DNA of 42,579 bases from a virus (Duplodnaviria; Caudoviricetes): the IMG/VR virus record IMGVR_UViG_3300030372_003754, positions 1 to 42,579 of that record, one strand, 5' to 3'. A program made the position numbers and the translations under genes. The first letter of the stretch is position 1; each line of letters begins with the position of its first letter. Positions 7,155 through 15,300 of this stretch are shown piece after piece. The notes beneath the pieces are model-generated. The model saw nothing but the letters and a program-made list of their open reading frames with translations. It was not told where the DNA came from and did no database searches.

Positions 7155-9689
7155 TTATGGGATCTCAATGATGAACTGAGGTTGGAAATGCACCATGTTA
7201 TCTGTGGCATTACCACTTCGATACGCTAGCATGCCCACTTGAAAAACCACCGCGCCACTAGTTGTTGGCGGCGTTAAGGTAACTTTTCCTGGAGTCTCAG
7301 AAAGGTACACACGCTTACCTCGGTCGGCTAAGGCTGGGGCACTATCGAAGATAACTTCAATCATCTGCCCTTGAACACTGTTAATGTCCCCCCAGTTCCC
7401 CGAGGTGATGCCAGCACGGGCTGTGCCTACAGCCATCGAGGTATCAATCGAGGAGGCATCGGCTTCAACCACGCCTGTGCCCGCAAGGTTCCAACACACC
7501 ATAGCGTTGGCACTGATGTTGTCTCCTGCGATCATTCGCATACCAGCGGCGGCACCTTCGTCGTTAGCTCCAACAGAAGGGTTATCACCGTTGACACTTA
7601 AGAAACCTCGGTTTCGAGTGTAGCCCGCAGCGTCTAGCTGAATTTCACCCGAAGTGGTGGTTTTGAGTGTCAGGTTAGCGGAAGTAACATTGATCTGTGA
7701 AGCCGCTGCACCGTCGATGTTTACGGCGCCACTAGAATCCAGGTCAAACGTTGCACAATCTTGGTCGAGTGTTTGTCCAGCGGCATTGAGTAGGTACGTG
7801 CCCCCGGTCGAAACGACAGAGTGTCCCGTTGAACCAACCAAAGCCAATGTTCCGGTAACGTTTAACGTTGAACTGGCGCCCGCAGTCACGTTGAAAGCAC
7901 CCGACGGTCCAAAGGCATAACTTGCCATGGACGAATCAGTGAGTGCACCGGATGCGATCTGAACTGCAGCACTACCATTCTTCATGACCAAGGCTGTCGA
8001 ACCGTTAAGTGTAGAAACCACACCATCCATATCGATGTTGCCCGTTGTGTCAATATCGAGAGACCCCGCGTTAATATCAACGGCAGCACCTGCCGAAGTA
8101 ATATCGATTTCAGAGCCACCACCTGCGAGGTTTAGACCACCAGCACCACTCAAGGTGAGTGCTCCTGAACTCGTAGTTAAGTTAGACGCTCCGGCCGCAT
8201 CCAGCGAAAGTGCTCCCGCACTGTCAATGTTAACTGTTGCTCCGTCGAGGTCTAGGTCACCTGCAGAATTGATGTTGATGTCACCCGAAGTCACAGTGTC
8301 AATGTCTAAGTCGGCACTGTTCATCTGAATAGTGCTATCGCTAGCTCCAGTGATTTGAACCGCACCAGTTGCGTCGAGGTCAAAGGTTGTACAATCCATA
8401 TCGATTGTACGGCCCGTCGCATTCAAGAGGTAGGTACCTCCAGTAGAAACAACCGAGTGTCCAGTTGAGCCCACCAATGCGAGTGTTCCTGTCACGTTTA
8501 GAGTAGAGCTTGCTCCGGCGGTTACGTTAAAAGCCCCCGATGGAGCGAACGCATAGGAAGCCATTGAAGAATCAGTGAGAGCGCCCGAAGATGCGATCTG
8601 TAATACTGAAGAGCCTTGCCCAATTACCACAGCGGTCGAACCTTTTAGGGTCGAGACCGTACCATCAATATCAATTGTTCCACTGGAATCAAGATCAACT
8701 GAACCGACGTTTACATCAAGTGCACCCGTTGTCGTGAGGTCAATTTCAGAAGCGTTACCCGCAATAGAAACACCACCTGCACCCGACAAAGTAAGCGCTC
8801 CTGAAGATGTAGTAAAGTTCGAGGCTGCCCCTGCATCCAGGGAAATTGCACTAGAAGCTACTGCATCCAAAGTAGTACCATCGAAGTCAATTGAAGTATT
8901 GACGTCAAGAGCACCGCCTGAAACTTGCAAGCCGCCCGTAGTCGAAACTGCAAACAGTTGGTCACCTGCAAAGGTAAGTGCCCCTGAAGTACCGTTTGTT
9001 GTAATAGTTTGACCGGCCGCATACGCTTGCTGAAGCGTAGTAGAAGAGTCCTCACCTGTTTGGATTGAGCTATAAGCAATACCGTCACCAGCAACGTTAG
9101 TGATGTTACTACCTTTACCTACCTGCCAATCACCCGAGGTGTTTGCTTTCATAATAGAAACAGCTACACGAACAACTGTGGCTGCCGTATCACTACCATT
9201 GGTAGTAAGCTGGTTTTTGGCCCAGGAGTGAATTGCCGGTACGCTTGTACCACCGGTTCCCATTAGGGTAAAGTTGGTACCACTAATACTCTGAAGGATG
9301 TAAATACCATCGTTAGCAGGGTCAGTAGCATTTGATACCTGGATCACATCGAAGTTAGCAAAGCCACTGGCCGATGCTACGCCGATAACAGGGCCACTGC
9401 CTGAGCCTGCAGTAAAGGCCGTAGACGTAGTTGACGCCGCAGTATCCGGATCATAGTTAATCGTAATGCCACCCTGTTGGGCGGTATTCGAGGCATAACC
9501 ATGATTTAAGTCAAGAAAGTTATCCTTAATGAGTACAGTTTCAGAATGAACTGTAGTGGTTGTACCTGTGACGGTAAGGTTTGCATCAATTGTCGTATCA
9601 ACTGAAACTTTAAGCGTGTCGCTACCAGTGTTAATTGTACGGAATTTGCCGCTCTCGTAAAGAACGAGGTTATTAGCTTGTTCTGACAT
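7155..9689 (-). CDS. Long virion fibre/spike (beta-repeat shaft, C-terminal capsid-cement-like domain)
   Basis: 844 aa, G/S/T/A/D-rich. NLTVTGTTTTV and IKDNFLDLN fibre motifs, a ~212-aa internal duplication, and a C-terminal domain similar to 9711-10184. Confidence 0.8.
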   Translation of the reverse strand: MSEQANNLVLYESGKFRTINTGSDTLKVSVDTTIDANLTVTGTTTTVHSETVLIKDNFLDLNHGYASNTAQQGGITINYDPDTAASTTSTAFTAGSGSGPVIGVASASGFANFDVIQVSNATDPANDGIYILQSISGTNFTLMGTGGTSVPAIHSWAKNQLTTNGSDTAATVVRVAVSIMKANTSGDWQVGKGSNITNVAGDGIAYSSIQTGEDSSTTLQQAYAAGQTITTNGTSGALTFAGDQLFAVSTTGGLQVSGGALDVNTSIDFDGTTLDAVASSAISLDAGAASNFTTSSGALTLSGAGGVSIAGNASEIDLTTTGALDVNVGSVDLDSSGTIDIDGTVSTLKGSTAVVIGQGSSVLQIASSGALTDSSMASYAFAPSGAFNVTAGASSTLNVTGTLALVGSTGHSVVSTGGTYLLNATGRTIDMDCTTFDLDATGAVQITGASDSTIQMNSADLDIDTVTSGDININSAGDLDLDGATVNIDSAGALSLDAAGASNLTTSSGALTLSGAGGLNLAGGGSEIDITSAGAAVDINAGSLDIDTTGNIDMDGVVSTLNGSTALVMKNGSAAVQIASGALTDSSMASYAFGPSGAFNVTAGASSTLNVTGTLALVGSTGHSVVSTGGTYLLNAAGQTLDQDCATFDLDSSGAVNIDGAAASQINVTSANLTLKTTTSGEIQLDAAGYTRNRGFLSVNGDNPSVGANDEGAAAGMRMIAGDNISANAMVCWNLAGTGVVEADASSIDTSMAVGTARAGITSGNWGDINSVQGQMIEVIFDSAPALADRGKRVYLSETPGKVTLTPPTTSGAVVFQVGMLAYRSGNATDNMVHFQPQFIIEIP
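7782..8582 (-). repeat. Intragenic duplication, 636-nt offset (best-conserved blocks 8418-8582 and 7782-7946)
   Basis: 55-aa blocks are identical at 54 positions; flanks also align (e.g. SNxTTSSGALTLSGAGG twice). Confidence 0.92.
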
Positions 9690-9710
9690 GTTGGGCCTCC
9701 AACTAGTTTT

Positions 9711-10184
9711 TTAGGGAAGTAAAGCAATGAGCTTTGGAAAGTAAATTAAGTTAGCTAACGTTGAACCGTTTGCTGAATAGACGAGACCAACCTCAATCAC
9801 CGCAGCGCTGCTGGTTGGTGCCGTAAGGGTACACGTGCCCGCACCCGTTGTCAAATAGGCCAACTTACCTATATCGCCAGTTGCTACGGAAGAAGCAAAC
9901 CTTACGGGAATTGAGTTTCCGAGTTGTGTGAAAACAGTAACGGCATTGCCTACGGTCGCTGCTTCACGTGCGATCCCCACAACGTGAAAGGGTGCGTGAG
10001 AAGAATACGCAGCAGGGTTAGTTGCATTCGCAGGGATGACACGAGCGACGTTGTTAAACACAAGCACGTCACCAATAGCAATGGTGTCGCCCGCAGTAAA
10101 ACTAAGGAAGGTGTTACCACCTCCGCCACCTCCGCCGCCGCTGTCGCTTCCACCGCAACCGCCTTGTAGGGAAGACCCTTGCAC
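9711..10184 (-). CDS. Capsid cement/decoration-like protein with poly-Gly linker
   Basis: AGDTIAIGDVL...VVGIAREAATVGNAVTV...GKLAYLTTGAG...TAP...VG pattern of DUF2190-like cement domains. Confidence 0.7.
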   Translation of the reverse strand: MQGSSLQGGCGGSDSGGGGGGGGNTFLSFTAGDTIAIGDVLVFNNVARVIPANATNPAAYSSHAPFHVVGIAREAATVGNAVTVFTQLGNSIPVRFASSVATGDIGKLAYLTTGAGTCTLTAPTSSAAVIEVGLVYSANGSTLANLIYFPKLIALLP

Positions 10185-10195
10185 TGACTAACCCC

Positions 10196-10969
10196 CTATG
10201 ACGCTTGAAGTGCGTAGCCCTGTGTAAAGAGGCTTTGGCTGTTAGTTCCTTGTGGTAAAAGTATAACGGTACCCCCGCTAATAAGCGTGTGGATCTCGTT
10301 GTTATAGATCTCCGTAACTTCAGAAGCAGAAAGCACCCGACCCCAAATGGCGATCTCGTCCATGCGATCTCCAAAGGTGTGCTTGCCGGACCAACCCGAG
10401 GTTAGGTTTCCTATCCGACTGAAGTTAAACGTGTTCGATAACGCAGCGTTTACTGCCGTAGCCGTTGCAACACCATTGATATAGTACGTAACCGTATTGC
10501 CAATCGCCGTAATACAAATGTGCGTCCAAGCATTCACATAGGGCGCAGCACTACCATCAATAATAAGTTGTGTACCGCCAACAATTAAGTTTGCCGGTTG
10601 CCAAACAGCGCCACCACCGACACCAGCGAAGACCTTCTTCGCACCGGAAAATCCGTACCCCAAATAAAAGGGCATGAACTGGCTGCCGCCTGTGTCATCT
10701 GTTAAGAACGAGGTAGCGTTACCTGCACCTGCGGCACCATTGTTGATGTTGTATACCCAACACGACGCTGAATAGCCCGACGCTGCCGTGTTAACCGTAA
10801 TGTTCGACGTAGTAGCTACGTCGTTAACACTACCCGTATACAACCAGCCGTCACCATACTTACCATTGGCAGTAATAGTGACGCCCGAAAGGGTTGCATT
10901 GTAAGTATCTTGCTCGTCATTAGCGTTAGCGCAACGATAGTATGCAAGTAAGTCCGTACTTATAGACAT
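10196..10969 (-). CDS. LamG/concanavalin-A-like lectin-domain virion protein
   Basis: LLAYY...GKYG...SASCWV...WTHICIT...YYING...MDEIAIWGRVLSASEVTEIYN is the typical Laminin_G_3 pattern. Confidence 0.88.
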   Translation of the reverse strand: MSISTDLLAYYRCANANDEQDTYNATLSGVTITANGKYGDGWLYTGSVNDVATTSNITVNTAASGYSASCWVYNINNGAAGAGNATSFLTDDTGGSQFMPFYLGYGFSGAKKVFAGVGGGAVWQPANLIVGGTQLIIDGSAAPYVNAWTHICITAIGNTVTYYINGVATATAVNAALSNTFNFSRIGNLTSGWSGKHTFGDRMDEIAIWGRVLSASEVTEIYNNEIHTLISGGTVILLPQGTNSQSLFTQGYALQAS

Positions 10970-10983
10970 TCGCCCCCCTTGGG

Positions 10984-11484
10984 CTACATACTACCACCCT
11001 GTCGCATAAAGTAGACTGCACCTTTAGGTTCGCCTTGGTCGGCCCAGACAATGGCACTTGCATGTCGACCACTAATCTGTTGAATTCGTGAGATGTAACG
11101 GCGAGGGTTAGCTGAAGCTACCCCGTTGACATTCCTCAAATCAATCTCAATCATGTAGTCTTGGACAGAACTAATCCCAGTTGCTCCCGCAATATTATCA
11201 ATCTGGATGTAGCCCCAGTCTGTGTTAGTTGCCGTGCTTGGAGTCTGTTTCCCAGAAAAACGTACCTTAATATACAGTTTAGTCGCAGTCGAAAGGTCAG
11301 TAACGTTGACAAAGATATCGAGTTGCTTGCAGCCCTGAATGTTGACAGAGTCTGTTTGTGCAGTTGCTTGGGCCTCCGCAGTCGGAGCCCCCGCAGCCGT
11401 CGCATAGAAGTTACCACTGGCATCAAGAGCCAAAGTCTCAACTACATCGCTATAACGCAGCCTTGGGAAATCTGAATTAGCCAT
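10984..11484 (-). CDS. Hypothetical beta-rich virion protein
   Basis: 166-aa ORF with GAGGGG RBS inside the decoration/fibre cluster. Confidence 0.65.
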   Translation of the reverse strand: MANSDFPRLRYSDVVETLALDASGNFYATAAGAPTAEAQATAQTDSVNIQGCKQLDIFVNVTDLSTATKLYIKVRFSGKQTPSTATNTDWGYIQIDNIAGATGISSVQDYMIEIDLRNVNGVASANPRRYISRIQQISGRHASAIVWADQGEPKGAVYFMRQGGSM

Positions 11485-11504
11485 TGTAACACCCCTCTAA
11501 AAAA

Positions 11505-11939
11505 CTAAGGTAGTGCCATCGTATCAGCAAGCTCAATGGCCCCATTCGTGGCGTCTTTTACAATAGTCTTGCCCACGACCCGAACACCCGTTAGGCCCCC
11601 AGAGGCCGCCACAAGGGTGCCATTTCCCGTAGCATCAATCCACCAAGGATCTCCGACGTTTGTAGCATTGGTATTCTGCCCTTCAATTAAAATCCAAGGG
11701 GTAGCAACACCGTACTCTCCAGCCGGAGTAGCATGACGCATAAACAAAATTCGACCGCGCACACCTGCTGCAGAAGTAGCGTTAGCAGGCTGTACCTCGC
11801 CAATACCACCCCGAATGCCCTGGACTTGAACTGCGGCATACTTACCAAGCTCTGCCCCAGTTTTGTTGTATACCTTAACCCCTTCGGTCCAGTTAAAGGA
11901 ACCCCCAGGCTTGACCCATCTATTCTTAATGCTAGGCAT
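11505..11939 (-). CDS. Capsid cement/decoration-like protein
   Basis: VYNKTGAEL...ANATSA...GEYG...VGDPWWID...G...VVG pattern, similar to the other cement-like domains. RBS GGAGG. Confidence 0.65.
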   Translation of the reverse strand: MPSIKNRWVKPGGSFNWTEGVKVYNKTGAELGKYAAVQVQGIRGGIGEVQPANATSAAGVRGRILFMRHATPAGEYGVATPWILIEGQNTNATNVGDPWWIDATGNGTLVAASGGLTGVRVVGKTIVKDATNGAIELADTMALP

Positions 11940-11948
11940 TGTGCCTCC

Positions 11949-12221
11949 CTAGTTCTCTAAATATTCTGTTAAGCAACCCTCGTCCCCGACGGCGCCTGTT
12001 CGATTAGCGTTTTTAAGTTCGTATTGAAACACTTCCATAGCATCTTCTTGTGAAGGCTTCTCCGATTCAAGCCACTCTTTAATCGTAGCGAGTGTCCGTG
12101 TGACCTCGGCTAAGTCCAGACTATCTACTGTTTCAGTCGTTTCTTGAGGTATTTCTGAGGGAGCTTCAGCCCAGTAGCTGTGTTTCGTCGCACCCTCTAT
12201 CCACAAACATTTTTTAGCCAT
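11949..12221 (-). CDS. Hypothetical 90-aa acidic protein, first gene after the GAAGA-hairpin leader
   Basis: AGGAG RBS at 12230-12234. Short helical C-terminal domain (YELKNANRTGAV). Confidence 0.7.
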   Translation of the reverse strand: MAKKCLWIEGATKHSYWAEAPSEIPQETTETVDSLDLAEVTRTLATIKEWLESEKPSQEDAMEVFQYELKNANRTGAVGDEGCLTEYLEN

Positions 12222-12231
12222 AACTTTTTCT

Positions 12232-12288
12232 CCTCTCTTCGAGGGCTACGATGGAGTCTTCGTCCAAAGGTTTCCTATCTTCAGGAAA
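12232..12288 (-). promoter_or_regulatory. Three tandem hairpins with GAAGA-containing loops at 21-nt period
   Basis: - strand: TTTCCT-GAAGAT-AGGAAA, TGGA-CGAAGAC-TCCA, CCTC-GAAGA-GAGG. On + strand TCTTC starts at 12236, 12257 and 12278. Confidence 0.65.
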
Positions 12289-12306
12289 TAATTTAGTTGA
12301 TGACCC

Positions 12307-12336
12307 AATGTAACACACGTTTATGTTTTCTGTCTA
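12307..12336 (-). promoter_or_regulatory. Candidate sigma70-type internal promoter for the decoration/lysis cluster
   Basis: TAGACA-18 nt-TACATT with an extended TG, in the largest intergenic gap of the late block. Confidence 0.45.
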
Positions 12337-15300
12337 ATCAGTTTCTAAAAATTCTCGCGTACCTTCTGCTCGACCACCAGCCTCTCGGAGAACGTCTTCT
12401 GCACTACGGCGTATTTTTCTAGCTGTAATGTCACGCCCTTCTTCAGCAGACAGTCCCTCGTATCTACGAGTGAACCCTAACCACTCCGACAGAAGCCAAG
12501 CCATCCCGCGCTTTGTCCCTACATCCCACTCGGCCTCATCTGTCGGGTTAATGGTTTTGTTTAGGCTTAAAGCTGTTTTTGTCAATCGAGGTAACTCTGT
12601 ACCAAAAAACGGTACCGCGTCTAACCCGTCGCGAAAAGCGCGCGGCATCGTAAGCTCCCCGTAACGATTAGGTACGAGAGCTTCCCCGATGAAAGGGTAA
12701 CGTTCCATAAGTTTCAGTGCCTCTAAGCGATCGGGTATTCGAACAGCCGGAGACATACTTTTACCAGAAAACCCGTCCCAAGCTCCCTTAACGCCGGTAC
12801 GCATGATAGGGTTAAGTTGATCTGTAATCAAAGTATCAAACACCTGTTCGTTAAAGTCTTCCCCTACGATAAAGTCTTCTGTCCCAGGGAAATTAGCTAT
12901 CGCAGCACTACCTACCATCCCTTGGAGCAACGTTAGGTAAATTTCTACCGTTTCAAATGTACCAAACGATGGCCCAATGCGAATCTGTTGTTTGCCTTCT
13001 GGCGTTAGTTCCGAAGCAAGAATAGGTCGACTGCCGTAGAATTCAGGGCGAGTTTTCATACCAGCAACTTGAACCGCTTCGGCATACCCCAACTCTTCCC
13101 CGCTGTTGTCGTTCACGTAGTCAGGTAAACCAAAGACGATATTACCGCTTTTCCTTACACGGTTTAGTTTACCGGTGCCTAGGATGCTGTACTTCACTAG
13201 ATCGCTACCACTATAGGTTAGTGGTTGGGTTAAAGCCGAGGCCATTTGTTGCATTGAGAGCCTAAAATAAGGATAGAACGCCGACATGTAGGCTAACTTA
13301 TTCATCTCATTTTGGCTTACACCATGGCGCCAGTCGTAGAAAGTATCTTCTACGGCTTTCTGGGCTTCCTTTGCGGTGGCTCCCCGGCGTAATCGATACT
13401 CTAAATACATCGCTGCACGTTGATGATCTTGAGTTTGTCGAACTAAAACTTCACTGTAGTCTTGCCACCAGGTCGCCGCTTTTTTAGCTTTTTTGAGTTC
13501 AGTACCGAAAGGTATTTCAGGAGGTTTAAATCGCTTTACAATATCCGCAGCCGCTTTCCGCATGTCTTCGCTGTACAGTGCATCAAACACGTTTCTTTCT
13601 GACATTTCAGCTAGCAACTGAGACGAAGTGGCCGTCCCCTCTTTAACTTTATAAAGCTCATCCGGCTTTCGATTGGTCAAGACACTTTGTACATGTGGGT
13701 TTACAAAAGCATTCAGGGGTGAGGTGAGGGAGAGCTTACCTTGTGCGCGGGCGGCGGCGCCTACATCCTCTAAAGCTTGGGTAATTTTGGGACCAAAGTA
13801 AGGGACATACGTAAAGGCATTTTGAAAAGCCATGGGGACAGCCCCACTAAAGTAGAGCGCACCATCAGGGCCCCTTCTTGCTGTGAGAGCCCCTTCCATC
13901 ATAAGCATCTGAGCGAAGTCGCCCGCCATCTGGTTAGCAAAGTAAGCGGGTCGGGGCACGAAGAGTCCCCGTGTTACAGAGGTACGCCACAACCGTAGCC
14001 ACGTACTCGTTTGGTTGACATGCTTATCGGTAAGCTTTGAGTGACTTCCTGTTCGATTTAGAGTCTTAATCGCGGTATCAAGTTGGACCTCGATCTGTTT
14101 GATAAGGGGCGCGGCTGCGAAGATACTTTCACCCGCAGCGTTTCGGCCTACACGTAAGAAGCCCATTTGAAGATCAGCAGCGCCTTGCGCGGCATCTGCC
14201 ACATCATTCATAATGTCGCTGTCGAACGTTACACCCCAACTTCGAATAGCCTCGATAGCTTCCGTGGGGTCAAACCCAACGTTCCGACCCGTTATAACTG
14301 ATTCAAAAGCTGAACTGCTACTGTCCGCCCGCGCTCCTGATAAGATAAAGTTAGCCTTCTGCGCTGCTGCAGGAGTCATCGACGGACCTAAGGCATCGGC
14401 TAAGTTTTGATTGATAAGCCGTCGGTTTTGTCCTAGTAGCATCGATCGAGAGAGGAATGATAGTGAAACATGCTCGGCTTGTAAGGGATCTACGGCGTCG
14501 ATTACTTCGTCAGTAACTTCATCTAACGCTGAGGGTTTAGGGGCTCTTGTGCGGTACGCCCCCCGAAATGAGAAGAAGGTATTTTTCCTTAGCAAGTTGG
14601 CGTATTCTTCTGCCGTACTTGCTCTCATCAACGACTCAAAGGCCCTAGGCATCAGAGCACCTATCTCTTTTTCCATAGTGGTGATACTGGCCGGTAAAAA
14701 AGACACGGCGGTACCGTAGAAGGCGCCGTCCCTCGATGCGAGGAAACTTGTTAGTTCCTCATCGGACATGCCTTGAACTGACTCTTGAACATACTTTTTA
14801 AAGTTCTGGAAGACGGTCAGTTCATTGTAGTGGTTAAACACTGCTACCCGACTCGGGGTTACTTGCTCAGTGCCAAAAACCCCTTTGCTGACAAGGGGTA
14901 GATTTTCTGATGTGTCCAGTGCTTTAAAGGCAAGGGTGCTAAAGTTCGTGCCTTCAGTATCGATGTTGCCTAGCAAGTAAGTAACAAACTCGTTTTCGGC
15001 GTCTTCACCTCGAACCAAAGCCCGTTTTACTACGTCTTGGACATTAGTCTCAAACCGACCCAAACGACTCCGACGCGCATCAACTTTATCCCCAATCTTC
15101 ATGATTTGGTTTACTACATACGCGGCCATGTCTTCAAGAGTTTTCACTCGTCCAAGAGTTCGTGTATTGCTTTGCCAAGCTTCGACGACACCCCGACCGA
15201 TTGATATAGCTGACTCTGTCTCTGTCAGAGTCTTACCTGCAAGGGGATCGGTAATTAGTTTAAGACGTTCTAGGTCCCTCGCCGATACAGGGACCACTGC

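Noticed and set aside
7782-8582. Diversity-generating retroelement template/variable repeat pair
   Set aside because: Differences are synonymous and not adenine-specific, both copies are in one ORF, and there is no reverse transcriptase.
7371-9094. Multiple antisense ORFs over the fibre gene, and similar shadows over other long genes
   Set aside because: These are the expected shadows of codon bias in the sense gene, with no independent signals.
10184-10198. Stop read-through joining the LamG and cement-like ORFs
   Set aside because: The 11-nt gap is out of frame, there is no clear slippery heptamer, and the second ORF has its own G-rich RBS.
12232-12288. N4-like ssDNA hairpin promoters or a CRISPR-like array
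   Set aside because: No virion RNA polymerase motif was recognised in the 1979-aa protein. The units are 21 nt with only a 5-nt constant core.
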